Part shown: positions 1 through 9,214 of the stretch, piece after piece
How positions within the stretch are numbered: position 1 is the stretch's first letter
Layout of the letters: every line of letters begins with the position of its first letter
Assembly: GCA_027858865.1 (NCBI GenBank)
Contig: JAQIBW010000333.1
Location: 1 to 36,147 of the forward strand
DNA from: Sulfurimonas sp.
GTDB lineage: Bacteria; Campylobacterota; Campylobacteria; Campylobacterales; Sulfurimonadaceae
DNA: 36,147 nucleotides
Reading direction: 5' to 3'
Notes under the pieces: model-generated
What the model saw: only the letters and a program-made list of their open reading frames with translations
Database searches by the model: none
Told to the model about the DNA's origin: nothing
Program-made: the position numbers and the translations under genes

Positions 1-495
1 CATATATACAAGCCCTACATTTTTCTGTGCTGACTCATTGCCCTGAAGTGCTGATTTTTCTAAAAGCTCAGCTGCTTTTGTTACATTTAAATCAGTTGCA
101 TCACCTTTGTAGTACATCAGTGCAAGATTGTACTGAGCATTTGAGTTATTTGCCTCTGAAGCTTTTGTTAACCATGCTAATGCTATCTTGCTATCTTGCT
201 TAACATTTTGACCAGTAAGATACATCATACCCAAGTCATTCTGCGCTCTGGCGTCTGAATTAGATGCAGCTTTCTCTAACCAATTTATACCTTTTTGGGC
301 ATCTTTTACAACACCTATTCCATTAAAGTAAAGATAACTCAACGCATTTTGAGCAGTGGTATCACCGGATTTTGCACTCTTTTCGTATAGTTTAAAAGCT
401 GCATCATAGTCTTTATTCTTAAAAGCTTCTAACGCTTTACTACTATCACCCAAGAGAGTCATGGAGATAAACAATAGAGATAATATATATTTCAT
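1..495 (-). CDS. Sel1-like repeat (SLR/TPR) protein with signal peptide; 3' end runs off the window
   Basis: Manual translation of the minus strand from ATG at 495: MKYILSLLFISMTLLG...AQNALSYLYFNGIGVVKD...AQNDLGMMYLTGQNVKQD...AQYNLALMYYKGD...AQKNVGLVYM. These are repeated AQxxLGxxYxxGxxVxxD Sel1 motifs. Absent from the ORF track because no stop lies in the window. Confidence 0.9.
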   Translation of the reverse strand, partial: MKYILSLLFISMTLLGDSSKALEAFKNKDYDAAFKLYEKSAKSGDTTAQNALSYLYFNGIGVVKDAQKGINWLEKAASNSDARAQNDLGMMYLTGQNVKQDSKIALAWLTKASEANNSNAQYNLALMYYKGDATDLNVTKAAELLEKSALQGNESAQKNVGLVYM

Positions 496-513
496 TACTA
501 ATTTTCCTTAAAT

Positions 514-1728
514 TCAAATTTTACGTTTTTGCATCTGGTCTATGATTTTTACAACCACTAAGTCAGAAGTTACATTTATAGATGTTCTTGCCATATCCAA
601 GATTCTATCAACGGCTACAATCAGTGCTAAATATTCAACAGGAAGACCAATTTGATTTAAAATCACTACCATCATAACCAGAGATGCACTCGGTAGTGCT
701 GCAACCCCAACACTTAAAGCAACAACTGTTATGCCTAATACAATCTGGTCCATAAAGCTCAACTCTACCCCTGCTAAGTGAGAAATATATAAAGCAGCTA
801 TTGTAAGATAGGCAGCTGTTCCATCCATAGAAACTGTTGCACCAAGAGGCAAAACGAATGAAGCATTTTTCTCATCGACACCACCTACGTCTTCTACTAT
901 TCGCATCGAAACTGGTAAAGTAGCTGCACTAGACGCTGTTGAGAATGCCATAATAGGTGCTTCTCTTATGGCTGTTAAGTATTTGTAAGGATTTACTCTA
1001 CCAAATATTGCTAATACCGCAGGGAGTGTAACAATAGCATGTACAAGTAGTACTACTATTACCATTAGAACATACTCCCAAAGACCAACTACTACATCTA
1101 CTCCTTGCTCAGCTATAACATAGGAAATTAGACTAAATACACCAATAGGCGTAAGTTTTATAACCCACTCTGCCATTGTCAGCATAGCATTTGTTACGCC
1201 TGTAAAAAAGTCAAGCATTAACTCCTGTCTCTTTACCTTTAAATGCAGAGATGCAATAGCAAATAAAATAGAAAATACTATAATCTGCATCATTGAACCA
1301 CTAGATAAAGAATTAAAAACATTTGTAGGGATAAAGCTAAGTATCATACTCTCAAATGAAAATTCAGCTACCTCTGCTGCTTTTACAAATTCTAAACCTT
1401 CAGATGATATAGGTTCACCAATTGGTGTTATATTCATAACAGCAATAGCAAGAAAAACTGCTAGTGCTGTTGTTAAAAGATATAAGCCTATTGTTCTAAG
1501 ACCTATTGATTTGAGATCATCCAAACTACCCAAACCCATAATTGCTACATATATACTTGAAAAAACTAATGGAACAACTAGCATCTTTAAAAAACTAATG
1601 AATATCTGTCCTATTACCTGTTGCTTTAGTGCCAACTCAGGTAATAAACTTCCAAAAGCAACTCCCAAAACTATTCCAACAATAACCAAGGTATTTGTTG
1701 TGGAATATTTTTTTATCTTTTGTATCAT
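514..1728 (-). CDS. Dicarboxylate/amino acid:cation symporter (DAACS/SDF, GltP-like)
   Basis: FLKMLVVPLVF, AFSTASSAATLP, FVLPLGATVSMDGTA and AVDRILDMART motifs; multiple TM helices. Confidence 0.93.
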   Translation of the reverse strand: MIQKIKKYSTTNTLVIVGIVLGVAFGSLLPELALKQQVIGQIFISFLKMLVVPLVFSSIYVAIMGLGSLDDLKSIGLRTIGLYLLTTALAVFLAIAVMNITPIGEPISSEGLEFVKAAEVAEFSFESMILSFIPTNVFNSLSSGSMMQIIVFSILFAIASLHLKVKRQELMLDFFTGVTNAMLTMAEWVIKLTPIGVFSLISYVIAEQGVDVVVGLWEYVLMVIVVLLVHAIVTLPAVLAIFGRVNPYKYLTAIREAPIMAFSTASSAATLPVSMRIVEDVGGVDEKNASFVLPLGATVSMDGTAAYLTIAALYISHLAGVELSFMDQIVLGITVVALSVGVAALPSASLVMMVVILNQIGLPVEYLALIVAVDRILDMARTSINVTSDLVVVKIIDQMQKRKI

Positions 1729-2154
1729 CTATGCCTCAGTTTTCACATTTTTCATAATCTCGAGCCAATCCAAAGAGAAATTTTTTAATACATAAGACTT
1801 ATGATGTGGTACACTACACGATGAACAGTCTTGATGGATAACACCATTACTAGCGAACTCTTCACCATTATTTATATCACAATCACTGAGTATTTTAAAC
1901 TCATTGTATGTTCCTAAACCATTATCATTAAATCTAAAGTTAGGACAGGCGCACATATAACAGTTCAACTTATCCATATCATGACACTTTTTATTGTCTT
2001 TATAAAGAGGACAAAAATTTGGCTCTTCTTTTACCATGTTGTCAAAATCAAAATAGTCGATTATTTGCTCTTTTGTATAATCTAAATTAACTAATTTATC
2101 TACAATTACTTTATGCTTTTTAGCATGGGCGTCAAACCATTTAATATAACTCAT
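1729..2154 (-). CDS. Cysteine-rich small-domain (zf-like) metal-binding protein
   Basis: CPLY...CH...NCYMCACP...DCSSCSVPH pattern; its stop abuts the start of the symporter gene. Confidence 0.65.
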   Translation of the reverse strand: MSYIKWFDAHAKKHKVIVDKLVNLDYTKEQIIDYFDFDNMVKEEPNFCPLYKDNKKCHDMDKLNCYMCACPNFRFNDNGLGTYNEFKILSDCDINNGEEFASNGVIHQDCSSCSVPHHKSYVLKNFSLDWLEIMKNVKTEA

Positions 2155-2233
2155 AGTGTATACTACCTAAAAAAGCGAAATGTTTTAAGCTATAATGACA
2201 AAAAAATAGCAAATATTTACAAAAGACTAATCA

Positions 2234-3097
2234 TTGAAAAACTCACACTTTACCTACCTTCTTATTTTAGCAATGTTTTTATGGGGCGGAGGCTGGAGTG
2301 CACTAAAAATTTTAACTTATGAGCTTCCAATCGAAATCATAATATTTTGGCGTTTTTTCCTAATGAGCATCTCTTTTATTCCCATTTTGTACTTTATGAA
2401 AGTTCCTTTAACTTTAAACCGTTCAGGTGCAAAATTTGTAGCTTCTAGTTCTGTTTTAAATGTATCGTTTATGGTTTTTTCTTTTTTGGGCGTAAAGTAT
2501 GGTTTTGCAGGAAATGGTGGAGTTATCATAACAACACTTACACCACTTATGACTTTTTTACTTGTTGCAATCATCTATAAGAATAAACTCTTTGCATCTC
2601 AGTATATAGGACTGACAATCGGCCTCATTGGTGGAATTATTATACTACAACTAAACGATTTGAGCATATTTTTAAATAGTTCTAATATATACTTTGCTAT
2701 ATGTGCGGTTATTTGGGCGGGGGTAACACTTCTGTCTCAACACTCGCATAAGCATATTCATCCGGTTCACTACAGTTTTTATATATCTGTAGTAGCTACT
2801 CTTGCTTCATTTATATATGCCTTTAATAGTGATTTACTTAGTGTGTTTGAGCAAGGAGTTAAGTTTTGGATAGCTATGATTTACTTAGCAGTTTTAGGAC
2901 AAACTGTCGCAACAACTATCTTCTTTATAGCTTCAGCAAAGTTAGGTAGTCAAAAAACAAGTTCGTTTATGTTTTTAGTGCCCCTATTCTCTCTTATAAT
3001 CGCTTGGGCTGTCTTAGGCGAACCTATACAAGCATATATACTTATCGGTGGTTCTCTTAGTCTTATTGCAGTTTATTTCATAAATAAAAAAAATTAA
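2234..3097 (+). CDS. DMT/EamA family transporter
   Basis: About 10 TM helices in two EamA repeats (LAMFLWG, FWRF, LVPLFSLIIAWAVLGEP); TTG start. Confidence 0.9.
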   Translation: MKNSHFTYLLILAMFLWGGGWSALKILTYELPIEIIIFWRFFLMSISFIPILYFMKVPLTLNRSGAKFVASSSVLNVSFMVFSFLGVKYGFAGNGGVIITTLTPLMTFLLVAIIYKNKLFASQYIGLTIGLIGGIIILQLNDLSIFLNSSNIYFAICAVIWAGVTLLSQHSHKHIHPVHYSFYISVVATLASFIYAFNSDLLSVFEQGVKFWIAMIYLAVLGQTVATTIFFIASAKLGSQKTSSFMFLVPLFSLIIAWAVLGEPIQAYILIGGSLSLIAVYFINKKN

Positions 3098-3159
3098 TAG
3101 AGTTTTAATATCACTTGGTGTAATATTTTTTATTACTATGTTTTATACAAAAGGCACTT

Positions 3160-4344
3160 ATGAAAACTGTTTTAATTATAGGAGGTGGCTTCGCTGGTCT
3201 TGAAGCTGCTATTTTCTTAAAAAAATCAAATTATGATGTTACTTTAGTAAGTGAAAGAGATTACTTTTTCATCTACCCTACTTCGATCTGGATTCCAACA
3301 AGAGAACAAGAGTTCGATGATGTTTGTATAGATCTTAAAAAACTACAAAAAGTACATGGCTTCAAGCTAGTAGTAGATGCTCTCAAAAAGATTGATGCTA
3401 AAGAGAATTCATATACTCTAGATAGCGGAACTGTTTTAAAAGGCTATGAGCACGTAGTTCTTGCAATGGGTGCTTCAAAAATGAAACACAAAGGCATAGA
3501 AAACACTCTTTCTATTTGTGGAGACCCTAAGCAATCTCTTCAAATAAGAGATGCTATAGATGCTCTTATAAAAAAAGGAAGCGGTAAAATCTGCTTTGGT
3601 TTTGGAGGAAATCCAAAAGACACTTCTGCTGTTCGTGGTGGACCTGCCTTTGAACTACTTTTTAATACTCACCATCTTTTGAAGAAAAAAGGGATAAGAG
3701 ACAATTTTGAGTTAACATTTTTTGCACCGATGCCTGAACCTGGAAAAAGAATGGGTAAAAAAGCTCTTAAGATGATGGCTCAATTTTTTGAAAAACTGGA
3801 TATAAAACAGCACTTTGGTATAAAAATAAAAGCTTTTGAGAATGACTGTATGGTATTTGAAGATGATTCAAAACTAGAATCTGACTTTACTATGTTCATA
3901 GCTGCTGGAGACGGTCATGATGTTGTTAAAGAGTCTGACCTTCCGACTAATGAGGCTGGATTTATAAAAATAGATGACTTTTGTAATGTTGTTTTTGACA
4001 CTCCAGAGATGCCAACTAATATCTACGCAATTGGAGATATCGCTGCATTAGAGGGAGCTGATTGGAGAGCAAAACAAGGTCATGTTGCCGAAGTAATGGC
4101 TAGAAATGTTGCTTTTAATATTGAGCAAAAAGACAAAGGTCTTTCTGACTTTAAAGGCTACCAAGAACATATCAATATTATTTGCATGATGGATAGCGGA
4201 AATGGTGCTTCATTAATCTATAGAGATGGTAAAAAAGCTTTTATGATTCCACTTCCAATAATTGGTCACTGGTTAAAAAAAGGGTGGGGAGTTTATTGTA
4301 AGCTATCTAAATTAAAAAAGATTCCTAGGATTCCCGGTATATAA
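3160..4344 (+). CDS. sqrF: Sulfide:quinone oxidoreductase, type VI (SqrF-like)
   Basis: GGGFAG dinucleotide motif, PTSIWIP, SICG (FAD-linked Cys position), GFGGNPKD-SAVRGGPAFE, AKQGHVAE, ICMMD and a C-terminal amphipathic GHWLKKGW helix; 394 aa. Confidence 0.75.
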   Translation: MKTVLIIGGGFAGLEAAIFLKKSNYDVTLVSERDYFFIYPTSIWIPTREQEFDDVCIDLKKLQKVHGFKLVVDALKKIDAKENSYTLDSGTVLKGYEHVVLAMGASKMKHKGIENTLSICGDPKQSLQIRDAIDALIKKGSGKICFGFGGNPKDTSAVRGGPAFELLFNTHHLLKKKGIRDNFELTFFAPMPEPGKRMGKKALKMMAQFFEKLDIKQHFGIKIKAFENDCMVFEDDSKLESDFTMFIAAGDGHDVVKESDLPTNEAGFIKIDDFCNVVFDTPEMPTNIYAIGDIAALEGADWRAKQGHVAEVMARNVAFNIEQKDKGLSDFKGYQEHINIICMMDSGNGASLIYRDGKKAFMIPLPIIGHWLKKGWGVYCKLSKLKKIPRIPGI

Positions 4345-4350
4345 TACTAC

Positions 4351-4373
4351 TTGTGTAACAATGTGTAACACAA
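4351..4373. repeat. Tandem TGTGTAACA direct repeat inside an imperfect palindrome
   Basis: tgtgtaaca at 4352-4360 and 4362-4370; ttgtgt/acacaa arms at 4351-4356 and 4368-4373. Confidence 0.6.
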
Positions 4374-4484
4374 AAAAAACTAAAAATCATTTTGCTTACT
4401 CAGTGACAAAATTACCAACAAATATGGTTATACTTAACTCTAAATAATAACAAGATAACATCTTAAATCTTTAAGGGTTGTGTA

Positions 4485-5033
4485 ATGTCTAGAAAAATTT
4501 TATCCAAAGTTGATTCCCCAAGAAATATAACAAATCATGAAAAACTACTTGACGCTAATGACTTCATAGTATCTAAGACAGATACTAAAGGCAACATTAT
4601 ATACTGCAACGAGATATTTACAGAAATGTCTGGATATAAAGCTTCTGAACTTATCGGTGCTAATCACAATCTAATAAGACATCCAGATATGCCTCGTGTT
4701 GCTTTTAAGACAGCTTGGGATTTAATAAAAGAAAAAAAAGAATTTTTTGGTTTTGTGAAAAATCTTAGAGCTGATGGTGGATTTTATTGGGTTTTTACCT
4801 ATATAACTGCTGACCAAGATTTAAAAGGCAATGTTGTAAGCTATACATCAGTTAGAAGAAAACCTACTACATCAGCCATAGATGCTATTACTCCGGTATA
4901 TAAGCTTTTAATAGATGCCGAAAAAAGAGATGGGATGAAAGCCTCAGAAAAACTCTTAAATGACTTTTTAAATGAACATAAAACTGGTTATGAAAATTTT
5001 GTAATTGACCTTCAAAAAGGGATTACTCCATGA
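4485..5033 (+). CDS. Stand-alone PAS-domain sensor (Aer/CetB-like)
   Basis: IVSKTD-KG-I-YCN..F..MSGY...[13 protein letters not shown]...F...W...[12 protein letters not shown]...Y-SVR is the Aer-type FAD-binding PAS signature. Confidence 0.9.
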   Translation: MSRKILSKVDSPRNITNHEKLLDANDFIVSKTDTKGNIIYCNEIFTEMSGYKASELIGANHNLIRHPDMPRVAFKTAWDLIKEKKEFFGFVKNLRADGGFYWVFTYITADQDLKGNVVSYTSVRRKPTTSAIDAITPVYKLLIDAEKRDGMKASEKLLNDFLNEHKTGYENFVIDLQKGITP

Positions 5034-6484
5034 TTGCCATTAGAAATATAAATGTAATAATACTATTAATTTTAATCACTATATCTGCTATATTTTTAGC
5101 TATAAATTCTCAAATAATTTTTGCTGTTGTTTTAATACTGCTGAGCATCTTATCTTTGTTTTTACCTCAAAATCACAAGATTAACAAAGAGGATGCTTCT
5201 CTTATGAGCAAAATAGCAACAACGCTTGAAAATGTAAAAGACGGTAAACTAGCTACACGCGTGGTTATACATAAAAATGAAACACCTTTAGAGAGTATTG
5301 GTTGGAACATCAACAAGTGTTTAGACCAAGTAGAAATAACGCTAAGAGAAAGCCGTAATACAATAGATGCCGTTAGCCGTGGTGAGATGTATAGAAGTAT
5401 GTTTCCATCAGGACTTCAGGGTGAATTTAAAGAGACAGCAAACATAATTCAAAAAGCTGTAGCTTCTATGAAAGCAAATGAAAGATATAAACTTATGGGT
5501 CTGCTTTCTACTTCCTTTAGTGGGTTCAATGGTGGGATGAAGGGCAACTTAGACATTATAAAAAACGATATAAATAAAACTGAAGACTCTTTTATCGAAG
5601 TTACTTCCAATACATCTAAAGCTTCAACTTCTGCATACGAGACTTTCACTGCAGTTGAAATAACTACAGGGCAGATATCAGACCTTAGTGAATTGGTTAC
5701 AAATACTGTAGATGCGATAACGCAGATGGATACAAATGTCAATGATATAACTATGATTGTCAATCTAATCAAAGACATAGCAGATCAAACAAATTTACTT
5801 GCACTTAATGCTGCGATAGAAGCAGCAAGAGCTGGTGAACATGGACGCGGTTTCGCCGTAGTTGCAGACGAGGTACGAAAACTAGCTGAACGAACACAAA
5901 GTGCAACTAGTGAGACAAGCATAACTATCCAAAACCTTCAACAACAATCAAGTAGCATCTATGAAAATTCAACAGCAATGAGTAACATAGCAAACAATAC
6001 AAATGAAACAATGAACAATTTTTCAGATACTATGAATAATTTCACAAATGATTTAAGCCATACTTCTAAACTTTCCAACAAAAGTAGTTTTGCTCTCTTT
6101 TTATCAAACTATAAAATTCATCATATCTTATTTAAATCAAATGCTTACTCTGCTGTTGTCAACTCAACAGCTACAGATGAACTAAAAAAAGATCATAAGC
6201 ATTGTGGATTTGGAGCATGGTACTATGAAACCGGAAGTAAATTATTTGCAAATAACTCTACCTTTAAACAAATGGAATCCCATCACGTAGAGTTTCATAA
6301 TCTTATAAATGAAAATATAGAGTGTGCATTGAGTGGTGGCTGCATGTCGGAGAATAAATCAAAAGATGAGATTATGAAGAGATTTCAGGATGCAGAAGAA
6401 CATTCAAATAAACTTTTTGATTTAATGAACAAACTCTCAGATGAAGTCGGGGCAGATATTGAGATGAAAGAAGTTTTAGCCTAA
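5030..6484 (+). CDS. Methyl-accepting chemotaxis protein (CetA-like TM hairpin) with C-terminal CZB zinc-binding domain
   Basis: N-terminal hydrophobic hairpin; [40 protein letters not shown] signalling tip; [17 protein letters not shown] and HVEFH CZB motifs; ATGA overlap with the PAS gene. Confidence 0.92.
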   Translation: MIAIRNINVIILLILITISAIFLAINSQIIFAVVLILLSILSLFLPQNHKINKEDASLMSKIATTLENVKDGKLATRVVIHKNETPLESIGWNINKCLDQVEITLRESRNTIDAVSRGEMYRSMFPSGLQGEFKETANIIQKAVASMKANERYKLMGLLSTSFSGFNGGMKGNLDIIKNDINKTEDSFIEVTSNTSKASTSAYETFTAVEITTGQISDLSELVTNTVDAITQMDTNVNDITMIVNLIKDIADQTNLLALNAAIEAARAGEHGRGFAVVADEVRKLAERTQSATSETSITIQNLQQQSSSIYENSTAMSNIANNTNETMNNFSDTMNNFTNDLSHTSKLSNKSSFALFLSNYKIHHILFKSNAYSAVVNSTATDELKKDHKHCGFGAWYYETGSKLFANNSTFKQMESHHVEFHNLINENIECALSGGCMSENKSKDEIMKRFQDAEEHSNKLFDLMNKLSDEVGADIEMKEVLA

Positions 6485-6494
6485 TATTTTATGC

Positions 6495-6528
6495 TTCACA
6501 CTTTATTTACACTTTTAACTTCTATAAT
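6495..6528 (+). promoter_or_regulatory. Putative sigma70 promoter (TATAAT 6523-6528) with an 11-bp-period direct repeat upstream
   Basis: TTCACACTTTA (6495-6505) followed by TTTACACTTTT (6506-6516), then TATAAT. Confidence 0.5.
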
Positions 6529-6534
6529 ACAAGT

Positions 6535-6645
6535 CAAGAAAGAGAAATATAGGACTTTATGTCCACATGAAGTATGGATTTCTTTCGTGTGCTTCCCTTA
6601 AATTCAAAGCAATGTCGCAGTACTTACCCCTTTGTGCGGCATTAC
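6535..6645 (+). ncRNA. Candidate structured small RNA with two stem-loops
   Basis: Starts just after TATAAT. Stem 6554-6561/6566-6573 is enclosed by 6541-6548/6578-6585; second stem 6611-6619/6635-6643 has a C/U-rich loop. The G-U pairs work only on the + strand. Confidence 0.35.
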
Positions 6646-6648
6646 TAT

Positions 6649-7698
6649 CTAAATCTCACTATTAATTTTTTCTCGTCTCTTTTGTTTCATTTTTATTTTA
6701 GCCAGTTCTCGCATATCTACAGTAGAGTCACTCTCATCAACTATTTCAACACCTAAAATAGTTTCAACACAATCCTCTAAGGTAATAATTCCTTCTGTCT
6801 GATCGTAATTATCAATAACTAGAAACATGTGATCTTTTTTAGAGATAAAAAGGTCTAATGCTTTACTAACAGGAACATTTTCATTTATAGAAAATATATC
6901 TTTTTTAATCGATCCTACCTTTACGCTATCATCTTTAAGTGCCTGCTTAAAGATTTTTTTCGTCATAACGATTCCAACAACTTCGTCTATTGCTCCATGA
7001 TACACTGGAATACGAGAAAACTTAAATATTTCATCTTTTGTTTCAATGATCTCCTTAATACTCATATTCTCATCAAGTGCAAATACAACACTTCTTGGTG
7101 TTGAGACTTCGCCAACTTTTATTTTATTAAGGTTTAAAATATTTTCTATAAAGTCTGATTCTTTTTCATCAATAACACCATCATCTTCACTAAGAAGCAT
7201 ACTATGCAAAAGTTCCTCTTTTGTTAGGCTGTTTGAATCTTCTTTTCCTTTTGAAATCCTGTTTGTAACAAAAAGCGTAGATAAAATTATTGGATATGTT
7301 ATAAATATAAATATTCTGATAATCTGAGTTGACAATGGAGCCAACTGTTTCCAATAAATCGCACCTATTGTTTTAGGAATAATTTCTGATAAAAACAATA
7401 TAGCAAATGTTAGAATTATTGACACGTAAACAACTGCTTCATTACCAAAAAGTATAGCCGCTTGAGCACCAACAGCAGCAGCTCCCAATGTATTTGCAAT
7501 TGTATTTAAAATTAAGATTGAAGCAATTGATTTGTTTATATTTTGTTTATGTTGTCTTAAAAAGGCCCCGACTTTTGGTTTATCTTTTTCCAATACCGAG
7601 ACATAAGACATATTGACTGACAAAAGTACCGACTCTAAAACTGAACATAAGAATGAAACACTAACTGATAAAACGAAAAATAGAATTAATAAATCCAT
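6649..7698 (-). CDS. CNNM/DUF21 + CBS-pair membrane protein (CorB/hemolysin-like, Mg2+/Co2+ transport)
   Basis: SFLCSVLESVLLS, ILILNTIANT, LSEIIPKTIG, FSRIPVY and GIITLEDCVETILG motifs. Confidence 0.9.
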   Translation of the reverse strand: MDLLILFFVLSVSVSFLCSVLESVLLSVNMSYVSVLEKDKPKVGAFLRQHKQNINKSIASILILNTIANTLGAAAVGAQAAILFGNEAVVYVSIILTFAILFLSEIIPKTIGAIYWKQLAPLSTQIIRIFIFITYPIILSTLFVTNRISKGKEDSNSLTKEELLHSMLLSEDDGVIDEKESDFIENILNLNKIKVGEVSTPRSVVFALDENMSIKEIIETKDEIFKFSRIPVYHGAIDEVVGIVMTKKIFKQALKDDSVKVGSIKKDIFSINENVPVSKALDLFISKKDHMFLVIDNYDQTEGIITLEDCVETILGVEIVDESDSTVDMRELAKIKMKQKRREKINSEI

Positions 7699-7715
7699 TT
7701 ATTTATAAATATCCT

Positions 7716-9044
7716 TTATAATAATATATATGTTGCTAGACCTAAAAAACTAAAAAAGCCTACAACATCTGTTACGGTTGTTAATATAACTGTACTTCCG
7801 ATAGCTGGATCAATATCCATTCTCTTTAAAAATAGAGGTACTGTCGCACCAAAAAACCCAGCAGCTAAAAGATTAATAAGCATACTTAGCGCAATTACTA
7901 CTCCAAGCATAGCCATATCAAACCACAGAGCAGCTACTATTCCCATGATTATAGCAAATAATATACCGTTACCAAGGGAGAGAGCTACCTCTTTTTTTAT
8001 AATCCTCATCGCATCGCCTTGAGAAATATCTCCAAGTGCCAGCTGTCTTACAACAACCGTTAAGCTTTGCGTTCCAGCATTTCCACCCATAGAAGCAACT
8101 ATTGGCATAAGCACAGCAAGAGCAACCATACTCTCTAAAGTATCAGAGAACAGAGCAATAACAAAAGAAGCAGCAATTGCTGTAAATAAATTTAGAGATA
8201 GCCAAGTGGCACGCTTACGTCCAGCATTTAATATCTCATCATCTTCTTCGGCATCGTCATCAACACCAGCAAGGTTATACATTTGCTCTGTTGCATGTTC
8301 GTTGATAATATCATAGATATCATCTGATGTAATACGACCTAGTAAAACACCATATCTATTTATAATCGGCATAACCGGGAGGTCATACTCTTTAAAAGTG
8401 TGTACTACATCTCTTATGTCATCCCTGTCTCCCGCCATTTTTGGTTCAAAACTATCATCACTGCCTTCTATATTTTCCATTAATGTTTTAGAAAAATCAA
8501 ATATAAGTAAATCGTCTAGTCCGACTGTATATCGTAATTTATTATCCTCATTTGTTATAAAAAGATTTTGAACATTTTCAAGCTTATTTTCCTTTCTAAG
8601 GCGAGCAAATCTTTTTATAACATCTTGAACAATTTCACTTCTTAATGCAGTAAAGACTTCAAACTGCATGTAAGCACCAGCTTCATCTTCTTTATAGTTT
8701 TGAAGTCTGGTTATTTCTACTTGAGATTCTTCGTCAAGAGTTTCAAAAACCTGAGATGCTACATCCTCATTAACCTCTTCAAGTTCTTGCATAAACTCTA
8801 ACTGGTCATCTGATTCTAGCTCTGCTACTGCATGAGAGAGTTCATCTACACTTAGAGACTCAACAACATCATCAAAGTATCTATCTGGAAGAGCAAGAGC
8901 AACATCACCAACAAGATTTTTAGGAACTAGTTTTATAGCATCAGTAAATTCGCTATCATCTAGCTGCTTTAAAATCTTAGCAATATCGGAAGGGTGAATC
9001 TCACTAAGTTCGTGAGAATTTAAATACTCTTTTAACTTGTTCAT
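7716..9044 (-). CDS. mgtE: Magnesium transporter MgtE
   Basis: Acidic N-domain, AGAYM, CBS pair (LLGRITSDDI), LMPIVASMGGNAGTQSLT and DPAIGSTVILTTVTDVVG. Confidence 0.96.
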   Translation of the reverse strand: MNKLKEYLNSHELSEIHPSDIAKILKQLDDSEFTDAIKLVPKNLVGDVALALPDRYFDDVVESLSVDELSHAVAELESDDQLEFMQELEEVNEDVASQVFETLDEESQVEITRLQNYKEDEAGAYMQFEVFTALRSEIVQDVIKRFARLRKENKLENVQNLFITNEDNKLRYTVGLDDLLIFDFSKTLMENIEGSDDSFEPKMAGDRDDIRDVVHTFKEYDLPVMPIINRYGVLLGRITSDDIYDIINEHATEQMYNLAGVDDDAEEDDEILNAGRKRATWLSLNLFTAIAASFVIALFSDTLESMVALAVLMPIVASMGGNAGTQSLTVVVRQLALGDISQGDAMRIIKKEVALSLGNGILFAIIMGIVAALWFDMAMLGVVIALSMLINLLAAGFFGATVPLFLKRMDIDPAIGSTVILTTVTDVVGFFSFLGLATYILL

Positions 9045-9052
9045 ATATCGGA

Positions 9053-9060
9053 ATTATACC
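9053..9060 (-). promoter_or_regulatory. Putative -10 box (ggTATAAT) for mgtE
   Basis: TATAAT on the minus strand at 9058-9053, 8 nt upstream of the ATG, with no SD in between. Confidence 0.5.
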
Positions 9061-9181
9061 CTATATTGTTGATACATATTTTTAAAAAAGTTGTAAACAA
9101 AATTATTTAACTAAAAATCAATAAAAAGAACTAGACATGCTAAAAAATATTATTAAATTTATATAGTGATTATAAATTTAA

Positions 9182-9209
9182 GATATACTTATGTTATTAG
9201 TATTAAGGA
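9182..9209 (+). promoter_or_regulatory. Putative -10 box (gaTATACT) and SD (AAGGA) for the KS-CLF pair
   Basis: TATACT at 9184-9189, AAGGA at 9205-9209, ATG at 9215. Confidence 0.5.
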
Positions 9210-9214
9210 AAAAG

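Noticed and set aside
6574-6756. 60-aa ORF and the upstream mini-ORF M-S-T-stop (6559-6570)
   Set aside because: The ORF overlaps the CNNM gene antisense by over 100 nt and has no protein-like features. RNA structure explains the region better, though a decayed gene cannot be excluded.
9191-9214. Longer ORF-track starts at 9191, 17112 and 20474
   Set aside because: SD placement, -10 position or gene overlap favour ATGs at 9215, 17121 and 20495
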